Origin: a virus
Lineage: Duplodnaviria > Heunggongvirae > Uroviricota > Caudoviricetes
Virus record (IMG/VR): IMGVR_UViG_3300031993_000021
Length of the DNA stretch: 64,000 nucleotides
Reading direction: 5' to 3' (one strand)
Shown here: in pieces, positions 48,927-57,898 of the stretch
How positions within the stretch are numbered: the first letter of the stretch is position 1
Layout: each line of letters opens with the position of its first letter
The notes under the pieces: generated by a model
The model's input: the letters and a program-made list of their open reading frames with translations, nothing else
Databases searched by the model: none
What the model was told of the DNA's origin: nothing
Made by a program: the position numbers and the translations under genes

Positions 48927-49052
48927 GGTAGATTATGACAAAAATGAAGGTTCGGAATCTTAATCTTAATAGGGAAGAGATAGATATAACGAAGCTTAAG
49001 ATACCAAGTAATAGTGCTTTTTACGATGTAATAAAAACATTGGAGGGGAAAT

Positions 49053-49274
49053 ATGCTCGGAATGATCGACAGGATACATATAAAAAAAGGCAGGTCAAGT
49101 AGAAAGGGCAGTTATGGCTTCATAAGTGCTTATGATGGGGAAACTTATTGGTTTAAGTATAGGGAAGAAGATGATTTAAAGGTTGGCGATGAGGTTAGTT
49201 TCACGGGAGGATTTAATGATAAAGGATACGTTGCGAGATACGTTAAGAAAATTGGCGAAGAAGATAGATTTTGA
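49053..49274 (+). CDS. hypothetical small protein
   Basis: GGAGGGG RBS. Confidence 0.3.
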   Translation: MLGMIDRIHIKKGRSSRKGSYGFISAYDGETYWFKYREEDDLKVGDEVSFTGGFNDKGYVARYVKKIGEEDRF

Positions 49275-49815
49275 GATTCTTGCCTATACGGTATTAATGG
49301 TTGTTCTTTTATATTTGGCGTTTTGGTTTTTATCAATTGATGTTGAAAATGTTCAGATAGAAGAGACTAGGTATATTGAACAAAGCAACAAAAGAAGCTT
49401 GATAGAACCAAAGGCTGCGATAGTTCAAAATGATTGCGTTGAACTTGACATAGACGATGCTCAACTTCTTATGAAACTTGCATGGAGTGAAGCAGGGAAT
49501 CAGGGAATTGAAGGACAGCTCGCAATAATGAATGTAGTTATGAACCGGGTTAACGATGAGAATTTTCCTAATACAGTTAAGGGAGTTATATATCAGAAAC
49601 TTGGAGATTGCTATCAATTTTCAGTAGCAGGGAATGGAGTTCTTAATAAGGCTCAACCCACAGAAGAAACACATCAAGCATTGGCAGAATTAGAGGGTGG
49701 AAGAGATATTTCGCAGGGGGCGCTTTTCTTTGAAGCAATGTCGAGTGGGAATAGCTGGCATAAAAGGAATAAGGAGTTTATTTTCGAAGATTACGGACAA
49801 AGATTTTATAAATAA
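49183..49815 (+). CDS. SleB/CwlJ-like cell-wall hydrolase domain protein (membrane-anchored)
   Basis: Hydrolase_2 pattern AIMNVVMNRVNDENFPNTVKGVIYQ ... QF ... GALFF; one TM helix. The true start is probably an internal Met (around 49297). Confidence 0.5.
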   Translation: MAMRLVSREDLMIKDTLRDTLRKLAKKIDFEILAYTVLMVVLLYLAFWFLSIDVENVQIEETRYIEQSNKRSLIEPKAAIVQNDCVELDIDDAQLLMKLAWSEAGNQGIEGQLAIMNVVMNRVNDENFPNTVKGVIYQKLGDCYQFSVAGNGVLNKAQPTEETHQALAELEGGRDISQGALFFEAMSSGNSWHKRNKEFIFEDYGQRFYK

Positions 49816-49905
49816 GAGAGAGCCACATAGATTGCTCTACGTGGCTTGGTAAAAACATGACTTCAATCATATTTTCGCCTTCTATTATGGCAGAAAGGTC
49901 ATATC

Positions 49906-50133
49906 GTGTCAAATACTAAAGACTGGTTTCAAGACGTTTATTCAAATAATAAGGAAACTATCAAAAAGCTTACAAAGATTGCTGCTAAAAAGAACATGAC
50001 TTTAAGGCTTTCTATACATCCGGATGGAGAAGTGTTTTTTACAGCAAGTAATGAAGAAGTTCTAAAAACAATCATCAATAATTCAAATTCAATTACATAT
50101 ACAAAGTACGATTTAAACGAAAAAAACGACTAA
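49906..50133 (+). CDS. hypothetical protein
   Basis: ORF. Confidence 0.3.
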   Translation: MSNTKDWFQDVYSNNKETIKKLTKIAAKKNMTLRLSIHPDGEVFFTASNEEVLKTIINNSNSITYTKYDLNEKND

Positions 50134-50219
50134 GCGGCAACTTAATCGTTTTGAATAAAGAGTTGGAAAAATCTCCCTAATTCCAACTCCAATAATAACA
50201 CAAATTGGAGGAAAAAGAA

Positions 50220-50873
50220 ATGGCAAAGAAAACAGAGAGCGTAGTAGCAGAAATCAGACCTTTGGATATTAAGAAGGTAAACATTAAGATTGTGGGTGAT
50301 AGCCCGCTTATTGTTCACGCATGGGATGAGAAAACCAAGAGAGAAATGCTTGAAAAGCAGATGAAGATTACAAAAACAAAAAGTAAAGACGCAAGAGATC
50401 CTTATAGGGATTTTGTAAACAGTATGTATTGGCTTACAAAAAAACCAGAGCCTACACCTGAATCTTTTGAAGAAGCAGTTAAAGACGGAGCAAAGTGGGG
50501 ATTTCCTGTTTGCGCTGTTAAGCAAAGTGCAAATTCATCCGCATATAGGCTTGGATGGGTAAAAAATCAGATGGAACTTAGGGGTTCATATTTCCTTGAA
50601 ACTGAATTTGGAAATATGTTTGAAATTCAAGGATGCATTCCTGAAATCAGAGAAGATATGGTAAGAATTTCAGGAGGAACGGCTGATATAAGATACAGAG
50701 CGGAATTTAAGAATTGGTATGCAGAAATGACATTAAATTACAATGCATCCGGCAATCTTACTCTTGAACAGATACTTAATTGCATCAATGCTGGCGGATA
50801 TTGTTGTGGACTTGGCGAATGGAGACCTGAAAAAGATGGTGATTATGGAAGATACCATATAGAAACCATTTAA
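50220..50873 (+). CDS. hypothetical protein (early region)
   Basis: GGAGGAAAAAGAAATG RBS. Confidence 0.35.
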   Translation: MAKKTESVVAEIRPLDIKKVNIKIVGDSPLIVHAWDEKTKREMLEKQMKITKTKSKDARDPYRDFVNSMYWLTKKPEPTPESFEEAVKDGAKWGFPVCAVKQSANSSAYRLGWVKNQMELRGSYFLETEFGNMFEIQGCIPEIREDMVRISGGTADIRYRAEFKNWYAEMTLNYNASGNLTLEQILNCINAGGYCCGLGEWRPEKDGDYGRYHIETI

Positions 50874-51200
50874 AATATGGCAGGCGCGTTATGGCGCGGT
50901 GAGTTTTGGTGAGGTCGTGTCAGGTAAGTTTTGGCTTGGTATGGCAGGCGAGGTACGGTTAGGTGCGGTACGTTCGGGTTATGCATGGTGAGGTCAGTTT
51001 GGGCGAGGTATGGCAGGTACGGCATGGTAAGTTTTGTTTAGGTGGTGTCAGGTGTGTTACGGTGAGGCGAGGTATGCTATGGCAGTTGGGGTACGTTGTG
51101 TCACGGTTAGTATAGGCATGTTAAGCAAAGGTATGTTTTGGCAGTTGTGGCGAGTTTAGGTGAGTTTTGGCTTGGCAGGCAAATTCAAAGGAGGGGAATA

Positions 51201-51662
51201 ATGGTCTACTCATGGAAAAACTTTAACTATTCAGTTGATGCCAATGTAGTTGGAAAAGAATTTGAGAAAATTGAAAAGAAATACGGTGCGTTAACAAATG
51301 AAAACGTGCTAAAAAGTGCCGAATCAGAAAAGTCACCTATTCATAACATTTTTGAATGGGATGATGCATTAGCTGCTCATAATTACCGACTACAGCAGGC
51401 AACAAAGCTTATATGTAATCTTACCTGCGAAGTTGAGAAGGATGAAGAAATAAGAGAAGTAAGAGCATATTTTGATGTATCAGAAGGAAAGAAAGGCACA
51501 TTCATAAACGTCAATTCAGCATTTAAGAATGTTGACACAAGAGAGATTGTATTAAAAAGAGCGTATGCAGAATTAAAGGCTTTTGAAAATAAATATAAGG
51601 AGTTAACTGAACTGTCTGCACTTTTTAATGCAATCGATGAACTGGTAGAGAAAGGAGCTTAA
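51201..51662 (+). CDS. hypothetical protein
   Basis: AAAGGAGGGG RBS then ATG at 51201. Confidence 0.35.
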   Translation: MVYSWKNFNYSVDANVVGKEFEKIEKKYGALTNENVLKSAESEKSPIHNIFEWDDALAAHNYRLQQATKLICNLTCEVEKDEEIREVRAYFDVSEGKKGTFINVNSAFKNVDTREIVLKRAYAELKAFENKYKELTELSALFNAIDELVEKGA

Positions 51663-51665
51663 GCT

Positions 51666-52442
51666 ATGGCGACAACAGACAAGAAGTATCTAGTATCGGT
51701 ACATGAGGGAATTTCTGAGAGCTTAGAAAAGCAGGTTTCTGCACTTCCATCTGATTTTAACAAGCAGAGATTTGTCCAAAACTGTATGACGGTCTTGCAG
51801 GATGGGCAGGGGGATTTCTCAAAGTGCGAACCATCAACAGTTGTAAGAACACTTCTCAAGGGGGCATTCCTTGGCTTGGATTTTTTTGCCGGTGAGTGTT
51901 ATGCGATTCCTTATGGGGATAAATGTAGTTTTCAGACGGATTACAAAGGCGAGATCAAGTTAGCAAAGAAGTATTCAAGCAATCCTATCAAAGACATTTA
52001 TGCGAAGGTTGTTCGCGAGGGAGATGAGTTTGAGGAAGTGATTGAAAATGGACAACAGAAATTAAACTTCAAGCCCAAGGCATTTAATGATGGTGAGATA
52101 ATCGGAGCATTTGCGGTTTGTCTATATAAAGATGGCTCAATGATCTACGACACTATGAGCAAAAAAGAGATTGAACATACAAGGCAGACATTCTCTAAGG
52201 CAGCAAATAGTAAGGCTTGGAAAGATGCTTATGGAGAAATGTGCAAAAAGACAGTTCTTAGAAGGCTGTGCAAACTCATAGACCTTAATTTTGACAATAA
52301 CGAACAATTTAAGGCGTTTGAAGATGGTGGAGCTTTTGATGTTAAGGGAACAGAGCCTAAAGAGGTTGAAAAGGCTGTGGATATTATGAGCGACGTTATA
52401 GATGTTGAAGGAACAGTTATTGAGGAGCCGGTAAATGAATGA
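51666..52442 (+). CDS. recT: RecT-family single-strand annealing protein
   Basis: FVQNCMTVL ... GAFLGLDFFAGECYAIPYG ... YKGEIKLAKK core typical of RecT. Confidence 0.65.
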   Translation: MATTDKKYLVSVHEGISESLEKQVSALPSDFNKQRFVQNCMTVLQDGQGDFSKCEPSTVVRTLLKGAFLGLDFFAGECYAIPYGDKCSFQTDYKGEIKLAKKYSSNPIKDIYAKVVREGDEFEEVIENGQQKLNFKPKAFNDGEIIGAFAVCLYKDGSMIYDTMSKKEIEHTRQTFSKAANSKAWKDAYGEMCKKTVLRRLCKLIDLNFDNNEQFKAFEDGGAFDVKGTEPKEVEKAVDIMSDVIDVEGTVIEEPVNE

Positions 52443-53280
52443 TTTTGTTCTTGATGAATCAACATATTATTCGTTAGAAGCTGATATGAAATGGTGTTCA
52501 GCATCGCAATTCAAGGATTTTTGTGGAAGTCCTATTTTACCTGGTTGTGAAGCAAGGGCTATGGCGAAACTTAAGGGAGAATATAAATCTGAGGTCACGA
52601 ATGCTTTACTTATTGGCAGCATTTTGGATTGCTTGTGGGAAAACGATGATCCTGAATACATAGCAGCAAGGTTTCCTGAATGTGTAAGTACAAGAGGGGC
52701 AACAAAAGGACAACTAAAAAGCGAGTTTCAATCAGCAATTACAATGTATCAGCGAACCTTGAGAGAAAAGAAGTTCTGTCAATACATGAGTGGGGACAAA
52801 CAAACAATCATGACCGGAGTAATAGCTGACCTTCCATTCAAGATAAAGATTGATTCTTACATTGAAGGGAAAGCAATAGTGGACCTAAAGACTACCAGAA
52901 CGCTTGATAGAGATTTTAGGATTTTTATTCCGGATAGTGGGGAAAAGCTTACTTGGTATAAAGCTTTTGGATATGATATACAGCTTGCGGTTTATAGGGA
53001 GATAGTAAGGCAGAACACAGGAGATTCATTAAGAGGTTACCTTGCGGCGGTGGACAAAGAGAAGCACCCGATATGTGACATTATAGAGCTTCCTTCAAAG
53101 ATGCTTGATGAAGCACTTGAATATGTAAAAAGGAATTGCAAAAAGATAATCATGCTTAAGAACGGGGAGATTGAGCCTATTAGATGTGAGCATTCAGCTT
53201 GTGATTATTGTAGGGATACTCATCAATGCGAAGTTTTAAGCGCTGATGAATTTGAAACACATGAAATACAGGGGGTGTAA
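52435..53280 (+). CDS. PD-(D/E)xK exonuclease (Cas4/RecB-like) with C-terminal Cys cluster
   Basis: IDSYIEGKAIVDLKTT contains D...E.K; C-terminal CEHSACDYCRDTHQC; coupled to recT. Confidence 0.55.
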   Translation: MNDFVLDESTYYSLEADMKWCSASQFKDFCGSPILPGCEARAMAKLKGEYKSEVTNALLIGSILDCLWENDDPEYIAARFPECVSTRGATKGQLKSEFQSAITMYQRTLREKKFCQYMSGDKQTIMTGVIADLPFKIKIDSYIEGKAIVDLKTTRTLDRDFRIFIPDSGEKLTWYKAFGYDIQLAVYREIVRQNTGDSLRGYLAAVDKEKHPICDIIELPSKMLDEALEYVKRNCKKIIMLKNGEIEPIRCEHSACDYCRDTHQCEVLSADEFETHEIQGV

Positions 53281-53631
53281 ATGCCAAAAAGAAAATCAAT
53301 CATAACTAAGTGGATGGATTACTGTATGATATGCTCCAGCCCGAATGTAGAGTTACATCACGGATTGTATGGTTCTAAGCATAAATTAGCAGATGAAGAT
53401 TTGTTGCTTATGCCACTCTGCCCAGATCATCACAATTCCTCAAAGAAGAGTGTTCATCATGACAAAGAAATGAAGATACTTAGTCAGCAAATATCTCAAC
53501 TTGCCTGGGAACGTAAATACCTTGCTGACAAATTAGCATCAGATGAAAATCTCGGACATCAATCTTCAGAGGATTGGATGGATGAAGCAAGAGAAGCATT
53601 TAGACAAAGGTATGGGGAGAGCTGGTTGTGA
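53281..53631 (+). CDS. hypothetical Cys/His-rich protein (possible HNH-like)
   Basis: CMICSSPNVELHHG ... LCPDHHNSSKKSVHH. Confidence 0.3.
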   Translation: MPKRKSIITKWMDYCMICSSPNVELHHGLYGSKHKLADEDLLLMPLCPDHHNSSKKSVHHDKEMKILSQQISQLAWERKYLADKLASDENLGHQSSEDWMDEAREAFRQRYGESWL

Positions 53632-53987
53632 TATTTGGAATAAAAACAAAAAAAGATAAGAGAATCGAAGAATTAGATAAGAAAATTGAAGCATTAGAAA
53701 AGTGTAATGATGCGCTTATTTATTCCCTTACACTTAAACCACATATGGTTGAGACGGGTTTGAGAGATATACAAGTTTATGAATGCTCAACTGTTTTGGA
53801 AGATGGGGAACCTGTTGAATGGGCAAAAGAAAGAATTGCAATAGAGTTTAGATTCATGATACATGACGATATTTTCTTCGACATTACTACAGATAGAAAT
53901 ACAGGGAAGAATATTCTGCATGGAAGAATTGGAGTTTCAAGAAGATTAGGAGGGGAGAGCAATGCCAATAAACGAGATGAGACTTAA
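53628..53987 (+). CDS. hypothetical protein
   Basis: ORF. Confidence 0.3.
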   Translation: MIFGIKTKKDKRIEELDKKIEALEKCNDALIYSLTLKPHMVETGLRDIQVYECSTVLEDGEPVEWAKERIAIEFRFMIHDDIFFDITTDRNTGKNILHGRIGVSRRLGGESNANKRDET

Positions 53988-54136
53988 TGCAACAGTAGTA
54001 CTTAATAACATCAAGACACATAACTTTTCGATTCAGGATTATCCGTTGTCCGAGTTTGAATCAGAAATCGTACAAAAAGCAATTGAAAGATATATAGATG
54101 ATCTTAAGTTTGAACAGGAATTAAAGGTGCATTGAT

Positions 54137-54583
54137 ATGCTGCAATTTGAGATTTCAGAGAACTGCATAATGCCAAAGGTTGTTATTGAAGGGAATTACT
54201 ATGGGAGCAAGACGTTTCCTAGCCTTAATAATCTATTGGCTGAGTATGGTAGGCATCCAAAAGGCGGAGGGGCGATGAAACGAAAGTTTGAAAAGATTTG
54301 TTGCGATGAAATCCGGATGCAATTGCCTGGATATGCAGCGAAGAATCCTATCGTACTTCATTACAGATTTTTTGAGCCGCTTGATGGACATTACAGAGAT
54401 AATATGAACATTTTCTCGATGGCAGATAAATGTTTTGAGGATGCGCTTCAGGTATGCAAGGTGATACCAAACGACAATCCAAAGTTCATGCTTAATACGA
54501 CACATGATTTCTTTTATCTGCCTGAGAGATATGGAGAACCATATTTTGAGGTTTATATCGAGGAAATAAATGATAGCAATTAA
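54137..54583 (+). CDS. rusA: RusA-like Holliday junction resolvase
   Basis: FPSLNN ... HYRDNMNIFSMADKCFEDALQ matches the RusA Asp/Asn catalytic region. Confidence 0.45.
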   Translation: MLQFEISENCIMPKVVIEGNYYGSKTFPSLNNLLAEYGRHPKGGGAMKRKFEKICCDEIRMQLPGYAAKNPIVLHYRFFEPLDGHYRDNMNIFSMADKCFEDALQVCKVIPNDNPKFMLNTTHDFFYLPERYGEPYFEVYIEEINDSN

Positions 54584-54758
54584 GGGAATGACAATGCCTG
54601 AGAACTGCGCATATTGTCCGTGCCTATATACGGATTATCAAGGATGGCATTGTGGGACAAAAGAGGGAAAGGATAAAAAGATATGCCAAGATAGTCTTTA
54701 TTTCTCGCAAAGACCGAGTTGGTGTCCTTTGGTAGAGATTGATAATGGGAAAACATGA
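54570..54758 (+). CDS. small Cys-rich protein
   Basis: CAYCPC ... WHCGTKEGKDKKICQ ... WC. Confidence 0.3.
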   Translation: MIAIKGMTMPENCAYCPCLYTDYQGWHCGTKEGKDKKICQDSLYFSQRPSWCPLVEIDNGKT

Positions 54759-55236
54759 TATTAGTGAGCTTAGGCAGTTGCAGAAGTTACCGCTCGATGA
54801 AAAGGTTGAGCGGACAAAAGTAAGGATAAAACAATGGGTAGAACATTACGGTATAGATCATGTATATGTTTCGTTCTCAGGAGGGAAAGATTCAAGCGTT
54901 TTAATGGATATTGCCAGGAAGATGTATCCGGATATTAAAGCAGTTTTTCTTGATACATCACTAGAATTTCCTGAACTTAGGGATTTTGTTAAACGATATG
55001 ACAACGTGGAATACATAAAGCCAAAGATGAACTTTAGGCAAGTGATAGAAAAGTATGGTTATCCTGTAATAAGCAAAGAAGTTTCTGAATGCGTATACGG
55101 AGCAAGAAAATACTTGACAAGCTTGTTACAGGAAATGAACCTTGACAGAACAGAACAGAACAGAACAGAACAGAACAGAACAGAACAGAACAGAACAGAA
55201 CAGAACAGAACATCCTTATTCACAATTCTATCGTAA
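54739..55236 (+). CDS. PAPS reductase-like PP-loop ATPase, N-terminal fragment ending in the (TEQNR)n tract
   Basis: SFSGGKDSSV PP-loop; runs into the CAGAA repeat and terminates 26 nt after it. Confidence 0.55.
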   Translation: MIMGKHDISELRQLQKLPLDEKVERTKVRIKQWVEHYGIDHVYVSFSGGKDSSVLMDIARKMYPDIKAVFLDTSLEFPELRDFVKRYDNVEYIKPKMNFRQVIEKYGYPVISKEVSECVYGARKYLTSLLQEMNLDRTEQNRTEQNRTEQNRTEQNRTSLFTILS

Positions 55237-56119
55237 GATATGCGGAAGTGGCGAGTATGCACGAACCACTGACCAGGGGGGTACGATAACAAGTTTAGAA
55301 AAGTCAGTGGATTGGGAATCTATAGCAAAGATTATGGAAAAGAGAGGAATGGGGAGCGGTGGTTCAGTCCAGAGATTAGCAATAATGATGGGAATATTGG
55401 ACTCGAACAACCAGATAAAGGCAAGTATCCCTAGCAAGGATAGAAGTAATTACTCGCAGGTGCGATACAAATTCCTTTTGACTGCTCCATTTGATATATC
55501 AAACGTCTGTTGTACGGTGTTTAAGAAAAGTATAAGCCATTCGTATAACAGAAAGAATAAGATGCATCCGATGCTGGCAAGCATGGCATCTGAAAGCAGA
55601 TTAAGAACACAGAAGTGGCTTGATAATGGCTGTAATGGATTTGATTTAAAGGAGCCTGTCAGCAATCCGATGGCATTTTGGAATGATTCAGATGTGCTTC
55701 TGTACATAAAGAGAAATGGGCTTGAGATTGCAAATGTATATGGAGATATTGTTCCTGATTATAAAGGTATGAATCAATGCTGCGGGCAATGTTCACTTTT
55801 TGAGGAAACAAATCTGACAACGACAGGATGTTTAAGAACGGGATGTATCGCATGTGGGTTTGGATTGCACTTAGAGAAAAGTCCTAACAGATTAGAGCTA
55901 ATTGATAGAGTAAGTAAGCCTGCGATAAGGGATTTTATCTTGAGGGGAGGAGCATTTGATGAGAATGGATTATGGAAACCAGATAATAGGGGGCTAGGAT
56001 TTTGGTTTGTATATTCATGGATCAATGTTCATGGTGGTTTTAATATCTATATTCCTGAAAAGGAACGCTATGAAAGAGAGTACGGAACAGAACTAACAAA
56101 AAAACTTCTTTTGGCTTGA
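55142..56119 (+). CDS. PAPS reductase / DUF3440-like C-terminal fragment (frame +1 relative to N-terminal fragment)
   Basis: Starts inside the CAGAA tract (TTG). It continues with the Cys-rich CGQCSLFEE ... GCLRTGCIACGF domain. Together the two fragments are about 460 aa, the typical full length. Confidence 0.5.
   Translation: MTEQNRTEQNRTEQNRTEQNRTEHPYSQFYRKICGSGEYARTTDQGGTITSLEKSVDWESIAKIMEKRGMGSGGSVQRLAIMMGILDSNNQIKASIPSKDRSNYSQVRYKFLLTAPFDISNVCCTVFKKSISHSYNRKNKMHPMLASMASESRLRTQKWLDNGCNGFDLKEPVSNPMAFWNDSDVLLYIKRNGLEIANVYGDIVPDYKGMNQCCGQCSLFEETNLTTTGCLRTGCIACGFGLHLEKSPNRLELIDRVSKPAIRDFILRGGAFDENGLWKPDNRGLGFWFVYSWINVHGGFNIYIPEKERYEREYGTELTKKLLLA
55146..55210. repeat. 13 x CAGAA pentanucleotide tandem repeat inside coding sequence
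   Basis: Direct reading of cagaacagaac...; it encodes (TEQNR)4 and splits the gene into two frames. Confidence 0.9.
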
Positions 56120-56155
56120 AGGAATTATCACAGACAGACTGAAAGCCATTATAAT

Positions 56156-56283
56156 CTGCGGTGGAGGAATAGGTAGACGCAACTTGTAGGGGCAAAGAAT
56201 AGGTGGAAGTCCTATTGCTTTAGAATTTGAAGTCCACACGACCTAAAGAAAATTCATGTAAGGTGCAAATCCTTACCCGCAGA
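56156..56283 (+). other. tRNA-like structured element A (about 128 nt)
   Basis: Termini CTGCGGT ... CCCGCAG can pair like an acceptor stem. Internal box GGAGGAATAGGTAGACGC. 3' hairpin GTAAGG TGCAAAT CCTTAC. Confidence 0.25.
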
Positions 56284-56326
56284 ATCGCCAGAAATGGCGG
56301 TCATAGGCAAATCTTCTTTCTTAGTG

Positions 56327-56450
56327 CTGTGGTGGCAGGAATAGGTAAACGCGGACAACATAAGTCTGTGGTCGAAAAGCGTACTATTGACGAGTAGTAG
56401 AAGCTATTCATAAACGAACCACATTGTAGAGTGCAAATCTCTACCCACAG
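56327..56450 (+). other. tRNA-like structured element B (paralog of A)
   Basis: CTGTGGT ... CCCACAG termini; box GGCAGGAATAGGTAAACGC; hairpin GTAGAG TGCAAAT CTCTAC. Confidence 0.25.
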
Positions 56451-56486
56451 CATCACCGAGAGGTGAACCCCATTTAATCGCATGGT

Positions 56487-56556
56487 AGTGCGTTAGCTTA
56501 AGCCGGTTCAGAGCGCTTGGTAACAAGAAATACAGGTTCAAATCCTGTGCGCACTA
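56487..56556 (+). ncRNA. tRNA-like element C (70 nt), possible degenerate or atypical tRNA
   Basis: Acceptor pairing AGTGCGT / GCGCACT. Canonical T-arm ACAGG TTCAAAT CCTGT. D and anticodon arms cannot be folded canonically by eye. Confidence 0.25.
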
Positions 56557-56572
56557 TTAAGGAGGTACGAAT

Positions 56573-56719
56573 ATGGCTGATATTAAACAAGAATGTCCTT
56601 GGATGGTAGATATGTGGGGAATCCCTATATGCAGACTGAATGTACTTCCGTGTGAAAGAGTGCCACAAAATCTCTGTGACCAAAAAAAGGAAACAAATAA
56701 AAATGATTGTAAAACCTAA
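56573..56719 (+). CDS. small Cys-rich protein (48 aa)
   Basis: TAAGGAGG RBS 7 nt upstream; below the ORF-track length cutoff. Confidence 0.35.
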   Translation: MADIKQECPWMVDMWGIPICRLNVLPCERVPQNLCDQKKETNKNDCKT

Positions 56720-56915
56720 AAGAAATACTATTATAAATTTTCATTGTAAGGATACGAAATGCATGGTGTCACTCACTCCACAGCAGAAATATAAAGCATA
56801 TATCAACATGGATAAGTATCAAGTAGAGCTTGTTCATCACAATTTTTACATAACACTTCCTTACGATGAGTACATTAAGTATTTCAGAGAAGAATCAGAG
56901 AAAGGGAGTACATGA
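56703..56915 (+). CDS. hypothetical protein
   Basis: ATG at 56703 preceded by AAAAAGGAAACA; the ORF track start at 56640 is probably too early. Confidence 0.35.
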   Translation: MIVKPKRNTIINFHCKDTKCMVSLTPQQKYKAYINMDKYQVELVHHNFYITLPYDEYIKYFREESEKGST

Positions 56916-57139
56916 TTTGCGAGAACTGTCAGAAAGAAATAACCGGATTATACATTCGCTACAAAGGACATACTTTTTGTAGGTGTGACAACGATGCTTG
57001 CATTAAGGAGTGGCTATATGACCAAACAGACGGTGAATGCGAGTATGGGACAATTTTTGAGGGAGAAGAGATAACACTTTCTCCTAGTTGGACGGAAGAT
57101 TATCTAAATACACTTGGAATGAGCAAGAAAGACTTTTAG
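56912..57139 (+). CDS. small Cys-rich protein
   Basis: CENCQKE ... CRCDNDAC ... CEYG. Confidence 0.3.
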   Translation: MICENCQKEITGLYIRYKGHTFCRCDNDACIKEWLYDQTDGECEYGTIFEGEEITLSPSWTEDYLNTLGMSKKDF

Positions 57140-57150
57140 GAGGGGAAAAT

Positions 57151-57360
57151 ATGGATGCTCAAAAATGTAATGACAGGTTATTTGAATCAAACAAGCGTCT
57201 TTCTGCGTTTAGGGGAAGATATTACAACGCTAGACAATCTATTGTCGAAGAAATGAACAGTAGACCTTATGACAGCAAGATAAGATACGGGTTAAAGATG
57301 GCTTTGGATATATTAGACGGGCAGTTGGACAATGGGAAAAATAATCAGCTTCAGGCATAG
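57151..57360 (+). CDS. hypothetical protein
   Basis: GGAGGGGAAAAT RBS. Confidence 0.3.
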   Translation: MDAQKCNDRLFESNKRLSAFRGRYYNARQSIVEEMNSRPYDSKIRYGLKMALDILDGQLDNGKNNQLQA

Positions 57361-57517
57361 AACATTTGTTGAATACGAAGTGGCAGAGCTTATGTGTCTT
57401 AAATGCAAGCACAGATGGATAGGCGTTTATCCAACAACTCTTTTGCTTAAAGACATTGAATGTACCTGTGGTAAGAAAGGCTATGTCATAAATACAGGGC
57501 AATCATTAGATATCTAA
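57332..57517 (+). CDS. hypothetical small protein
   Basis: ORF; Cys pairs CLKC ... CTCG. Confidence 0.3.
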   Translation: MGKIISFRHRTFVEYEVAELMCLKCKHRWIGVYPTTLLLKDIECTCGKKGYVINTGQSLDI

Positions 57518-57533
57518 AAGAAGGAGATATGGA

Positions 57534-57743
57534 ATGAATAGATGTATTGTCGATAACCAGACTAATGAACTTATAGCATACATTTCAGATACTCATGAGA
57601 ATATCGTGAAAGATGGATATGAAATCATTGAGTATGGATGTAATGAACCCATTTTTACTGATATAGACGGACGGATTTATGTAAAAGACAATGCGTTCAC
57701 TATTGATCTTAATGAGGGGGAAGACAATGTTCGAAAAATTTGA
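57534..57743 (+). CDS. hypothetical protein
   Basis: AAGGAGAT RBS. Confidence 0.3.
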   Translation: MNRCIVDNQTNELIAYISDTHENIVKDGYEIIEYGCNEPIFTDIDGRIYVKDNAFTIDLNEGEDNVRKI

Positions 57744-57897
57744 GATTGGATGGCTTTTAATGAATTGGATAATAATGCAGGCATTGACGATGCTTTTTCA
57801 TGAATTTAATTGGAAACAGAAAATACTTCTTCCTTTAGTTGTCATTGCATTTTTAGCGCTTTTAATTATCGCAATAAAACTTATAACGGGGGAATGA
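57727..57897 (+). CDS. small membrane protein
   Basis: GAGGGGGAAGACAATG RBS; two TM segments. Confidence 0.3.
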   Translation: MFEKFEIGWLLMNWIIMQALTMLFHEFNWKQKILLPLVVIAFLALLIIAIKLITGE

Positions 57898-57898
57898 T

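Noticed and set aside
55146-55210. Tandem repeat array considered as a CRISPR array
   Set aside because: The unit is 5 nt with no spacers. It is a simple sequence repeat inside a coding sequence.
56487-56556. Calling element C a bona fide tRNA gene
   Set aside because: The acceptor and T-arm fit, but with only 38 nt between them I could not form canonical D and anticodon arms. Kept as tRNA-like only.
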